Shown piece after piece: positions 18,226 through 27,794 of a stretch of DNA of 64,000 nucleotides. Within the stretch, counting starts at the first letter, position 1, and the number at the start of each line of letters is the position of its first letter. Below the pieces are notes generated by a model. That model saw nothing but the letters and a program-made list of their open reading frames with translations. It searched no databases and had not been told where the DNA came from. The translations under genes and the position numbers were made by a program. The DNA lies in IMG/VR virus record IMGVR_UViG_3300016476_000174, positions 32,001-96,000 of that record, one strand, 5' to 3'. The DNA is from a virus.

Positions 18226-21200
18226 TATCTATGTGACTGTATAAACTTTTGATTAGATATCTTAAATAACATTTTTAAATCTCCACTCTTCAATTTTCTT
18301 AACCACACCTTATTTACATTATGTCTAAACTTCTTACGTTCTAAGGCTGCCTTGTTGTAATTAACATACTGAGGGTTAATCTCGTATTGGTAACCATTAG
18401 CTTTTGTAATAAACATAGACTGATTAACGGTAGTATTAAACTCGCCACGGTCTTTAGTAATATCCCAGAACTGATTAAATCTATACTTGTTCTCTTCTTT
18501 AGAGAATAAAATCTTAATAGAGTTAGGTTGGATCTGAGGATAAGATAAAGCTGCAACAGGATTGTTTTTAGGCTTTAAGTTTAACTCTAGTAATCCAGAT
18601 ACTTGTTCTGAGTTAGAAATAATAGCTTGATCAAAGTTTTGATCTAATACATGGAACTTATCTGCACAGTTATTATGTGTCTTGTATACTTCTAGTAAGT
18701 ATTCAATGTTTCTTACAGAGTTAACTTGCTGACCTGTAGCTGAGATAAACTCCACCTCAAATGGATAATCTTTACCATAGAAGTTTGCATAAGAATCACA
18801 ACGTACATTATGTTTCCATATAGAGTTTGTATCCACACTCATAAAATGAGCTTTACCTGGAATAGTAAATGTAGGATTCCAGTCATGGAATGATAACCAT
18901 GTTTGACTCTTAGGATCATAACTAATAGTCCATGAAGCATTTTCAAATGCTAAAGGATTATTAAAATCATAGTATGTCTTAACACCAGCAACTGTTCTAT
19001 AGAACTTACCGTCACCATCATGAGCCATATCAGCAAACAAAGGTTTATAGTCTTTCTTAGTGATATAGATTATCTCATTAGTATTATCATAAGTCATTTG
19101 TACCCCTACACCTTTTACAGGGTTATCATAATGAGGATAGTTAGGGTACTTAGCTAGTAATTCAGAAGGTAGATATTTAGCAAACCACCACTTCATTCCT
19201 TCTCTAGAAATCTCTTTAAGCTGTCCAGCATACTGGAATACTTTTCCTTGATTCTGAGAAACCCAGAATACGCCATGAGTACATCCTAAGTTAGCAAACT
19301 TATTTTGGCATGATCCATACTCAAATGACTCATCTGCATTTACTAAAGCTTGAAGTTGTTGAGGACCACTAAATAAAGCTCCATCACCAATTGTAATCTT
19401 AGCACCTGTACCATCAAGCTTGAGTTCTTCTACGCCCATGAACTGCATAGGACTTTGATAAGCCATCATGAACAAAGCACCAGTCTTATTTATAGACTTA
19501 ATAGCTGTTACACGACTATTAAAAGTCTTATAATTATTAGCTAAATAAACTCTCCAGTTATCTTTCTTACTCTCATCTTGTTGTGGTAGAGAATAAATAA
19601 CTCTGTTTGGATAGTAACTATAACATGTCTGTGCTTTTTTAGGATCAAAGTCTCTATCAAGCATATTACCCCAAGTGATCTGAGAATTAAATAATTTAGA
19701 CACACTTAGTGAATAGTCGTACTTATAATAGTTAGGTTCTTTAATTATATCTGATCTAAATAAACTTGATAAATCAGTTAATCCATTTACATCATAATGA
19801 CGTTTATCAGGACGATCTTCCCAGTCTCTGTATGCTACATTAACTTCTGATTCTACAAAGAAGTCACGTACACCTGAATTAAATAAATAAAAGTATCCTC
19901 TACTAACATGGAATGTACCAGATTTTCTATGATCTAGCACTCTAAACGAACTAGCTAATTTAAATAATCCACCAGATAAATCAGTATTGTTAACCCAGAA
20001 TCTAGGATAAGGCATACTAAAATACATAGTGTAATCTAGCTCTGCACCATTAGGCTCACCATATAACCATGTATTAAAGAACAACATACTGTTCTTTTCA
20101 GTGAATCTATTAATGTACACGTCACCACCAAAATAAACATTAGATGTAAACTTAGTAGCATTAGAGGTAGATATATCTTCTATACATGAAGAAATAGGTA
20201 ACTGCTTTAAACTATCTAGCTGTCCATATTGTGAAGGAAGAGAAATCTTTAAAGCACCATAGTGACCAGATATTGTACTTTGATATGTAGAATATAAAGA
20301 AGCATCTTTTTCACTAATTAAAAATCTACTATTATCAACTACTGTTGGATCTGATATTTCTGCGTTTGTTTTAAGTATAACAAACTTACCACGGTTAAAA
20401 TTATTAACTGTATAGTTTTGTGAGTTTGCAGTAAACGATTGAATGTCTGATCCTACATAACTAGACTCAATAATCTTTCTTCTTCTATTACCTTCTAATG
20501 TTGTTTTAGATTTATTATAGTATCCATGAGCAACATACTGAGCAGCATATTGATTATAAGGAATAATAGCTAATAATAACTTCATCAATTGCTCAGAAGT
20601 AATGTTTGTCTGTATAACAGCCATTGCTCCTAACACTACAGTATTAGCTATTGTAATAGCTGTATTAGCAGCTTGTCTTTTAGCAGCTCCAATTTGATCT
20701 GTTCCAGGTGCACCTGTACTACCTACATAACCACTTGATACACCAAGAAATGCACCAGCCATCATCTCAGCTCTATGGGGAGCTAATAAACTTTGAGTAA
20801 ATGGTAATTTCTCATCACCTTGAAGATCCATCCTAACATCTGCACCTGCTACTGCTCCAACTACTTTTGCAATAGTTGCTACTGCTCCTAATACATTAGT
20901 TAAGATATCAGAGAAGTTTGTAGGAATTTTAAACTTAGGATGTTTATATGGAGTTTCAAATCTACCATTAGACTCACCATAAATCTCTTGATAAAGTTTT
21001 ACTTCACTACTATTTAAATACGGTGTACTAAATGTTACATCAGGACCATGAAAAGATAGTACATCTTTCTTATAAGCGTTTAACTTAGAAGATTTAGGAT
21101 CTGGACCACCATTATCTCCTAACTGTTCTTGAGAAGTTAAGTAACTATCTTCTCTTAAATCATTAAACGGATAGTTCTGGTATAATCCTGTAACATTAGT

Positions 21201-22844
21201 TTGATTAGGAACAGAGTATTCTCTCATGTTATTAATCAAACCTTTACTTACAATAGTCTTATGTCCTTCTCTTGATCCACGTAATATTTCATAACCTACA
21301 ATAGATGTAATAACATTTCCATTAGCATCTACAGGCTTTGTAATATTTTGAAACTCTACACCTAGAATTACAATAGTATTTCCTTCATCTTTAAAGTGAT
21401 TTACAACATCACCACCAGTGATTGTAACATCTGGAAATTTATGATGTCTAATAGGCTGACCACATAAATTACCCCATATATCCACTCTATTAGAAGGATA
21501 TAGCTCTGTAGATTCCCAGTAGCCCATTTTACCTTTAGCTACAACACGACCACCATCTGCTAAAACAGAAGGGGTAGTTGTTTCTACTGTAGCAGTATTA
21601 CTTATCTGCCATCTTTCTAATTGAATACCATCTAATGCTTCATAGGCATCTGTTCCATTAGCTAAAGCTGTGTCAGTAGATACTGGTCCTCTACCTGGAA
21701 TATGATAAGACTCAGAACGTTCTCCTGTATTATACACCCATCTAATAAAGAATGCATATTGTTCATCTCTCATGTATCCAGTATTATTACCACCTTTTAC
21801 ATAATAGTTAGCAGGATATTCTACAGCAACCCATCTAGCTTGAATACTATTAGCTTGAGGCTGGTAGTTAAACTTAGTCTTACTATATGTACCTACACGT
21901 AACATGTAATTATTTACAGTATAGATAGCATCAGACTTTTCAATAGGTTCAGTTCTTACAACAATCTGAGAAATAGGAATTGTTTCAAAATCGTTACTTA
22001 GAGTATCTAGATAAATAGTACCTTGGTTAGTAGAATAATATCCAACCCTACGAGCAATAGTTTGCCCGTTTATCTGAGCTAGAATAACTAACTCAAATTC
22101 TTCAAAGTCTTCATCTACAGAACTAATCTTTACTTCTAAAGAACCAGATAAATTCTGATGACTAAATAATGATTGTACTTCTGATAAACCAAGGTAGTCT
22201 GTTACCTTAACTTTATTGATAGTATATGCAATAGCTATTTGGTATGATCCATTAGGAAGAGTACCACTAGCTTTACCTTTTTCTAAAACAATACATGGAT
22301 GCTTGATAAGAGATGCTAAACGGATCTCCTCACAATCAAGTTCTGTTGTATATACTTTAGTAACACATCCATTACTGATTGTTTCAGTATATTTAAATGG
22401 AGGATTTTCTAAGTCCATGAATCTGTCTGGATTTAATCCATCAGACCAATACACTGGACGTTCACAATCATAACGTCTACGACTAGTTCCTGTAATAAGG
22501 TTAGAGCGTTTAAAGTTTAAACACTTAGCATTTACTTTCTTTGTATAAGAACAAGCTGACTCATCAAATATACCAATCTCAGAGTCTACATCATCTGTTG
22601 TAAAGATAGCCCACATATCATCAGTAAGATGAATGCAGCCAATCATAGTGTAAGGAAGAGTTACACAATGTAGATTAGATGGTTCGTTACCAATAACACC
22701 AATCTGACCATCATGTGAGTTATTAACAGCATTACGGGCATGTGTCCACAATCCCTCACCAACGAAGGTTTCATTATAATCCTTAACCATACCTTTATTA
22801 AAAAGATTGGTAGTAGATGTAGGGTTCTGTGTATTTTCAGCCAT
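18225..22844 (-). CDS. Tail stabilisation / muzzle protein (P22 gp10-like, crAss Tstab), 1539 aa
   Basis: N-terminal FNKGMVKD, YWSDGLNPDRFMD, GYMRDEQYAF, GGDVYINRF and WTISYDP..WLSFHDW motifs. Beta-rich and located after the ring and IHF-like genes. Confidence 0.75.
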   Translation of the reverse strand: MAENTQNPTSTTNLFNKGMVKDYNETFVGEGLWTHARNAVNNSHDGQIGVIGNEPSNLHCVTLPYTMIGCIHLTDDMWAIFTTDDVDSEIGIFDESACSYTKKVNAKCLNFKRSNLITGTSRRRYDCERPVYWSDGLNPDRFMDLENPPFKYTETISNGCVTKVYTTELDCEEIRLASLIKHPCIVLEKGKASGTLPNGSYQIAIAYTINKVKVTDYLGLSEVQSLFSHQNLSGSLEVKISSVDEDFEEFELVILAQINGQTIARRVGYYSTNQGTIYLDTLSNDFETIPISQIVVRTEPIEKSDAIYTVNNYMLRVGTYSKTKFNYQPQANSIQARWVAVEYPANYYVKGGNNTGYMRDEQYAFFIRWVYNTGERSESYHIPGRGPVSTDTALANGTDAYEALDGIQLERWQISNTATVETTTPSVLADGGRVVAKGKMGYWESTELYPSNRVDIWGNLCGQPIRHHKFPDVTITGGDVVNHFKDEGNTIVILGVEFQNITKPVDANGNVITSIVGYEILRGSREGHKTIVSKGLINNMREYSVPNQTNVTGLYQNYPFNDLREDSYLTSQEQLGDNGGPDPKSSKLNAYKKDVLSFHGPDVTFSTPYLNSSEVKLYQEIYGESNGRFETPYKHPKFKIPTNFSDILTNVLGAVATIAKVVGAVAGADVRMDLQGDEKLPFTQSLLAPHRAEMMAGAFLGVSSGYVGSTGAPGTDQIGAAKRQAANTAITIANTVVLGAMAVIQTNITSEQLMKLLLAIIPYNQYAAQYVAHGYYNKSKTTLEGNRRRKIIESSYVGSDIQSFTANSQNYTVNNFNRGKFVILKTNAEISDPTVVDNSRFLISEKDASLYSTYQSTISGHYGALKISLPSQYGQLDSLKQLPISSCIEDISTSNATKFTSNVYFGGDVYINRFTEKNSMLFFNTWLYGEPNGAELDYTMYFSMPYPRFWVNNTDLSGGLFKLASSFRVLDHRKSGTFHVSRGYFYLFNSGVRDFFVESEVNVAYRDWEDRPDKRHYDVNGLTDLSSLFRSDIIKEPNYYKYDYSLSVSKLFNSQITWGNMLDRDFDPKKAQTCYSYYPNRVIYSLPQQDESKKDNWRVYLANNYKTFNSRVTAIKSINKTGALFMMAYQSPMQFMGVEELKLDGTGAKITIGDGALFSGPQQLQALVNADESFEYGSCQNKFANLGCTHGVFWVSQNQGKVFQYAGQLKEISREGMKWWFAKYLPSELLAKYPNYPHYDNPVKGVGVQMTYDNTNEIIYITKKDYKPLFADMAHDGDGKFYRTVAGVKTYYDFNNPLAFENASWTISYDPKSQTWLSFHDWNPTFTIPGKAHFMSVDTNSIWKHNVRCDSYANFYGKDYPFEVEFISATGQQVNSVRNIEYLLEVYKTHNNCADKFHVLDQNFDQAIISNSEQVSGLLELNLKPKNNPVAALSYPQIQPNSIKILFSKEENKYRFNQFWDITKDRGEFNTTVNQSMFITKANGYQYEINPQYVNYNKAALERKKFRHNVNKVWLRKLKSGDLKMLFKISNQKFIQSHR

Positions 22845-23196
22845 GTTTAATTACTAACTTCTTCTTGTCCAAAAATTTATATATTTCTCCAGAAAGATGA
22901 CCAACCAACCAAGCTTGTGCCTCTTCATCTGTAATATCTCTATCTTCTGTTATTCTCACTACAGCATGATAAAGTTCATGGGCAATGGTATTATGAGTTA
23001 AGTACTGACTACCTAGTAATAAATAATAATTATCTATATCTGGCATTACTAATGCTCCTTCAGCCTCTCCTCCAAAATCATCTTTAATCTTATACTTCTT
23101 GTAAAGTTTTTCTGCTGCTGCAGATACACTTTCCACCACTACTACTATGAGTTTACAACTATAAGTTGGTAGTTTTATGGTGGTACTTAATTTCAT
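22837..23196 (-). CDS. Small HExxH zinc-metallopeptidase-like protein (119 aa)
   Basis: IAHELYHAV followed by DEEAQAWLVG, a zincin motif with a downstream Glu ligand. Tightly packed between its neighbours. Confidence 0.6.
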   Translation of the reverse strand: MKLSTTIKLPTYSCKLIVVVVESVSAAAEKLYKKYKIKDDFGGEAEGALVMPDIDNYYLLLGSQYLTHNTIAHELYHAVVRITEDRDITDEEAQAWLVGHLSGEIYKFLDKKKLVIKHG

Positions 23197-23198
23197 AA

Positions 23199-24092
23199 TT
23201 AAAAGCCATCTGTGCTTTTAAACATATCGTAATATCTATTATACTGAGCTTTACGGTTCATCTGCCATACTTTATACATTTCAGCAAAATCTGGAGTGTT
23301 TACTATACTTAAAGAGTTATTACGAGCTGCTCTTAAACGTTGTTCAATAAGCTGCATCTTTTGAGTTACATCTTCTCCATTAATGTATAAGTTTTCTAGA
23401 ATACGTTGTTTCATTGCGTACTCATAATACTCATTAATAACAGGATGATCTAGTACAAGTAAATTACCATCATTATCTTCAAGAGCCCCTTGATAAGAAA
23501 TAAAAATAGAACCTTCTTCTAGATTAGTATAGATAAAACCATTTTTAATATACGCACTCTTCTGAGTATCATTAAGAGCATCTACTCTTCCTGTAGAAGT
23601 GGCTATGTTTAGCTTTTCAAAAGTCTCATAAGTTTTAACTTCATGTTTACGTTTCTCAATTACTTGTACATAAACTTTTTCACCAGTCTTACATTCTACA
23701 GCATATGTTCTTTCACAGATACATGTAGTGTCTGTACCACCACAAGTATTACATGTATTTACACCATTTACAATAGTGCATTTAGAAGGATCTAATATCA
23801 CACTCTCTGTGTGACGACCAGACATAGAAGGATATGTTACCTTATATTTACCACATAAATATGCATAGTTAAGCACATAAAAATCACTAGGAAGCTTAAC
23901 TTTTCTTTTCTCAATATCTAATACTTTTTCTTTAGTTCCATGAATTCTAAGACCTAAATCATAGTTAACTCTCTGAGCTACTTTAATAAGCTGAGCAGGC
24001 TCTATCATACCTTCATTACTGTAGGTGACAAAGTCTGTAGCAACTTCATCAAGAAGTTGATCAAAAGTTCTATATTGTAATTCAGTTTTCAT
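23199..24092 (-). CDS. Tail tubular / ring protein (297 aa)
   Basis: KVKLPSDFYVL, YIKNGFIYTNLEEGSIFISYQG..DNDGNLLV motifs typical of crAss Ttub/ring proteins, plus a Cys-rich insertion. Confidence 0.65.
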   Translation of the reverse strand: MKTELQYRTFDQLLDEVATDFVTYSNEGMIEPAQLIKVAQRVNYDLGLRIHGTKEKVLDIEKRKVKLPSDFYVLNYAYLCGKYKVTYPSMSGRHTESVILDPSKCTIVNGVNTCNTCGGTDTTCICERTYAVECKTGEKVYVQVIEKRKHEVKTYETFEKLNIATSTGRVDALNDTQKSAYIKNGFIYTNLEEGSIFISYQGALEDNDGNLLVLDHPVINEYYEYAMKQRILENLYINGEDVTQKMQLIEQRLRAARNNSLSIVNTPDFAEMYKVWQMNRKAQYNRYYDMFKSTDGF

Positions 24093-24763
24093 CGTAATAC
24101 GTTCTGTTTATCTTGAGCAGTATCTGATGGAATCTGCATCATTCCAATTAGATCTTTAAATACGTTTGTTTCTATCTCACCAAATAAGTAATCTGGTACA
24201 TTGAATGGTTGGTCTGTCTTTTGAATACAGCTATCAGCAGCACAAGTAAATACAGAGATATCCTCTTCAAAAATTCCTTCTATACGTACAGCATCCCATT
24301 CAATATTAGGAAAGTATAAGTAGTCATTTAAATACCAATAGTATTTAGACTTGTTATACTTAAAGTTTTTAGATTTAGATAAAGATAAAAATGTACTAGG
24401 ATTAGTTGGCTGTAGTTCTTCTGAACCATCTATAGAAGTAGTAGAACGAATTAAAGGACCGTTATATCCTTGCATAAAGATTGGCATCTTTTCTTTTGTA
24501 CGTTTAATAGTACAATCAGAAGATAAACCAGTACAACATGCTTCTACTTTATCCACCTCAATAAGTTCAACAAAGTCCATAGTCTGCACTACACCAGAAT
24601 ATGCAAGAAGTTTATTCTTACCATCCTCACGTTTCATTAGCCATTTAGCATGCTTTAGGATGAATGCATAGATAGCTCTATCAGTCAAGAAAGCATCTTG
24701 TCTGACAGCCTTTATCTGTGTACGCACTCTAGAGATTACATCTCCTATAGTAGTTTTAGCCAT
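24089..24763 (-). CDS. Ring/neck protein (224 aa)
   Basis: YYWYLNDYLYFPN..RIEGIFE motif, ATGA overlap with the next gene, crAss tail-module synteny. Confidence 0.55.
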   Translation of the reverse strand: MAKTTIGDVISRVRTQIKAVRQDAFLTDRAIYAFILKHAKWLMKREDGKNKLLAYSGVVQTMDFVELIEVDKVEACCTGLSSDCTIKRTKEKMPIFMQGYNGPLIRSTTSIDGSEELQPTNPSTFLSLSKSKNFKYNKSKYYWYLNDYLYFPNIEWDAVRIEGIFEEDISVFTCAADSCIQKTDQPFNVPDYLFGEIETNVFKDLIGMMQIPSDTAQDKQNVLR

Positions 24764-24767
24764 AGCC

Positions 24768-25358
24768 TTAATCTAAATTAAACTCATCATATTCTCCATT
24801 TAGAATAATGTTTTGAGTTTCTTGTTTCCTAATATCTTTAAACTTCTCTTTTCTAAAAAGTCTACTTACCCTTACAAGATTGTCTACCATGACATACTTC
24901 TTCCATTCTTGTGGGTAGGTTTGTCCAACCGTTCTTTTAAAATCTCTAATACCAGTAAAGCTCCACATCTCATTATGTCTGAACCTATACTTAGTCTCAA
25001 AGTTTGTATAGAATATCTTAGCAGCATATTGGTCAGATTCCCAGTTTTGATGCTGGATAACTGTTCCATATTTTTTACTTTTACTAAAGTCTACATTACT
25101 CTTTTTACGTGGACAAGTCCCAATAAAGATATAACCTAGTTGCTCTGGTAACTCTACACCATCTCTCTCTTCTACTACTTTCTTCCAGATCTCTCCATTA
25201 AAAGCACTTATAATACTTTTAAAAGTAGATATATCCATAGAAGCATATTTAGGATTACTATCAATAAACTTCTTATAAAAGTCTATGTTAGTAAGATTTA
25301 ACTTCTTAGGTCTATATCTTGGAGCATTTAAATCCGGTTTTTTACATGCTTTTGCCAC
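24768..25358 (-). CDS. IHF/HU-like DNA-binding protein of the crAss tail module (196 aa, GTG start)
   Basis: Basic protein with helix then GVELPEQLGYIFI (HU/IHF-like arm), NVDFSKSKKYG and FTGIRDFKR. Syntenic with crAss IHF-like genes. Confidence 0.55.
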   Translation of the reverse strand: MAKACKKPDLNAPRYRPKKLNLTNIDFYKKFIDSNPKYASMDISTFKSIISAFNGEIWKKVVEERDGVELPEQLGYIFIGTCPRKKSNVDFSKSKKYGTVIQHQNWESDQYAAKIFYTNFETKYRFRHNEMWSFTGIRDFKRTVGQTYPQEWKKYVMVDNLVRVSRLFRKEKFKDIRKQETQNIILNGEYDEFNLD

Positions 25359-25364
25359 AATGAT

Positions 25365-25381
25365 CTACATTAATAATTTAC
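25365..25381 (-). promoter_or_regulatory. Putative phage late promoter GTAAATTATTAATGTAG
   Basis: Copy of the recurring intergenic motif, ending 6 nt before the GTG at 25358. Confidence 0.55.
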
Positions 25382-25419
25382 GAAAAATCCATGAAGTTTC
25401 CTATTTAAACTTTTATAGT

Positions 25420-26736
25420 TTAAACATTATGAGTAAATTCAGATATCTTACCTTTAGTTAAGTCATGAATTTCCATAACTGCTTGACGCTTAGATCCTGT
25501 AAACTTGTTATGGTAGTGCCAGTAATCTGACTTAGAAAGAGAAGGTAAGTGTTTTATTGTAAAACCATGAACCTCATTATCTGTAACAAACTCAGTAACC
25601 TTTTTTGTATGGAAGTGTCCTGTATAACATGTACGAAAACTTGTATGTCCCCATTGAACTGGAAACTCTGTAGCATATACAAGAGCGGTCATCTTTTTAG
25701 TAACATCACCATGCTCAAATGCAAAGAAGTTTTGACCCCAGGTCACAACCTTTCTTTCTTCATATGTAGCATTAAATGTAATAGAGATCTCTTGAGAGAA
25801 GCATTTAGACAGAGCATGTACTAAATGATAGGAAGATAAACGATCATGGTTACCAGGTAAGTAAACTACTTCTAGTTCTTTACAGAACTGTTTAATAAAA
25901 TTAACTGACCAGAACATGGCATCAAAAGCCTCATCATAGGCATCCTGAGCTCTAAGATCAGAATCTACTGGCGTACCCTTAGTAGTTAATCCACTAAATG
26001 TATCCATGTTTAAAAGGTCACCACCTATAACATATATGATCTTTTCTACATTATGTGAGTGATAGGATCTTAATACAAGACTCTTAATGCTTTCTTTAAA
26101 GTCATCAATTACAGAAAGATTACCTTCTTTACCAAAGTGGAGATCCTGAATAGACAAGATCCCCACAGTTGGATTATCAAATTTGTCATTAACAAATACC
26201 TCTGCAACGGGTTTGTATGACGGGTTAAAATTCTCTAAAGTTTCTTGTAATAAGTCTTTGGGTTCCAAGACTTTCTGTGTAACCATGGCTGAGATTAGCC
26301 AATAGTCTTTGTGTTGTTTGTTCCAATAGGAACTAAGTTTCCACTTATCAGTGTCAATTTTTAATATCCTAATTATCTCTTCTGGACTCTTAGGCTCTGA
26401 GAAGGCTATACCTTTAATCTCAGCTACACCTTCTTCAAGGTTTTCCTTCCATTCTACGACCTTTTCTTTAGTTTGGTTGATAGTATCTACCAAATGATTT
26501 TCAAGGTCTGTAATGTACTGATTTTTGATTGTATCATCATCTATCAGTTCCAACATTCTCTTACCTACTAGATTGACTAAACTACTATCTAACTCATTCT
26601 GTAGTAGGTCTTTAGTCTGTAAGATTTGTTTCTTAATCTCTTGGTATTTTTGTAGTGAAATACCTAACTTTGAAGCACAGACCTCGTCAGTTTTTTTCCA
26701 TCTGAGAGAGCCATACACCTGATTGATTAACGTCAT
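25420..26736 (-). CDS. Calcineurin-like metallophosphoesterase with an N-terminal helical/HTH-like region (438 aa)
   Basis: All five motifs present: DLHFG, GGDLLNMD, PGNHD, FEHGD, TGHFH. Confidence 0.85.
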   Translation of the reverse strand: MTLINQVYGSLRWKKTDEVCASKLGISLQKYQEIKKQILQTKDLLQNELDSSLVNLVGKRMLELIDDDTIKNQYITDLENHLVDTINQTKEKVVEWKENLEEGVAEIKGIAFSEPKSPEEIIRILKIDTDKWKLSSYWNKQHKDYWLISAMVTQKVLEPKDLLQETLENFNPSYKPVAEVFVNDKFDNPTVGILSIQDLHFGKEGNLSVIDDFKESIKSLVLRSYHSHNVEKIIYVIGGDLLNMDTFSGLTTKGTPVDSDLRAQDAYDEAFDAMFWSVNFIKQFCKELEVVYLPGNHDRLSSYHLVHALSKCFSQEISITFNATYEERKVVTWGQNFFAFEHGDVTKKMTALVYATEFPVQWGHTSFRTCYTGHFHTKKVTEFVTDNEVHGFTIKHLPSLSKSDYWHYHNKFTGSKRQAVMEIHDLTKGKISEFTHNV

Positions 26737-26822
26737 AGTTGTTTGGATTGGGTATATGGTGTATAAAGTTAGTAGATCTTATTTAATAATATTACTTTTT
26801 ATACACAAAATATCAACATTCT

Positions 26823-26859
26823 AAAAAAATTAGCCTCCGATGTAGAAACACCAGAGGCT
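26823..26859 (-). terminator. Rho-independent terminator
   Basis: Minus strand AGCCTCTGGTGT-TTCT-ACATCGGAGGCT, a 12 bp stem with two G-U pairs, followed by AATTTTTTT. Confidence 0.75.
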
Positions 26860-26905
26860 TTGTTTGTCAGGTGGAAACCAACAAAACCACTGACTTTTTT
26901 ATATC

Positions 26906-27598
26906 TTAATCACCTACATATGATGCTCCTGGACAAGATCCTCCAGAAGAATTACCAACACATACACCACTAAGTGTAGTTGTGCCAGTAGAAGTATTTG
27001 CACCACCGTTAACTGTCATAATAGTTAAAGATGCAGACATCATACTAGCTGTAGAATTATTTGTAAAAATTGAAGTATTAATATTAACTGTTCCTCCAAC
27101 TGGAATAGTGATGTTTTTAAATAACTCTAAGCTAACACCAGCACTAGACCCTGGTTGATAACACCCACTAGTTCCAGAAGCTGAAAAGCTTGGAGTTGTA
27201 GATCCCATAGTTGCACTTAACCACGCTGTATTTGTAGGGCTAAGTAAACCAGAAATGGCTAGTCTCACTCTAACAATATTACCTACAGTTCCAGTTAGTA
27301 TATAGTTACCATAACCACTGCTGCATACAGTACCTACGGCCAAAGTAGCAGCACCACTTGAACCAGCCACACCTGTAAAAGTAGCAGGAGTTGAATAGTT
27401 TCCACCACCACAAGCAGCTTCTACAGTACCACTGTATGAAGTACCATTAAGACCAGTAATTACTACAGGAGAACTAGTTGGGTTAGGTGTAATAACAATA
27501 GCACTAGCTGGACTATTAGTAGGCCAGTAAGTAACTCTATATCCTCCTTGAGGATCAGGGTTTGTCTCTGCAAAGGTTATAGTTAGTGTGTTAGACAT
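26906..27598 (-). CDS. Fn3/Ig-like virion decoration protein (230 aa)
   Basis: N-terminal domain LTITF..P.GGYRVTYWPT..TSSPVVITGL..TSYSGTVE..C is paralogous to that of 27794..28912. Thr/Ser/Gly-rich. Confidence 0.55.
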   Translation of the reverse strand: MSNTLTITFAETNPDPQGGYRVTYWPTNSPASAIVITPNPTSSPVVITGLNGTSYSGTVEAACGGGNYSTPATFTGVAGSSGAATLAVGTVCSSGYGNYILTGTVGNIVRVRLAISGLLSPTNTAWLSATMGSTTPSFSASGTSGCYQPGSSAGVSLELFKNITIPVGGTVNINTSIFTNNSTASMMSASLTIMTVNGGANTSTGTTTLSGVCVGNSSGGSCPGASYVGD

Positions 27599-27794
27599 GA
27601 GTATTAATCCAGTTTGTTACGTCTTCATTAGATATTAGTACTTGACTAAGCTCTCCATTATTTTTCATTACGATAAAAAAGTCTTCTTCAAACTTTTTAT
27701 AAATAATAAACTCATGACCGTTTTGAACAATAGGATCTTCTTTAGTATAGTCTACACCTAAATTACTGACAATTATATTAGTTAAATGTTTCAT
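27591..27794 (-). CDS. Hypothetical protein (67 aa)
   Basis: Exactly fills the gap and overlaps both neighbours, including a TAATG junction at 27794. Confidence 0.55.
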   Translation of the reverse strand: MKHLTNIIVSNLGVDYTKEDPIVQNGHEFIIYKKFEEDFFIVMKNNGELSQVLISNEDVTNWINTHV

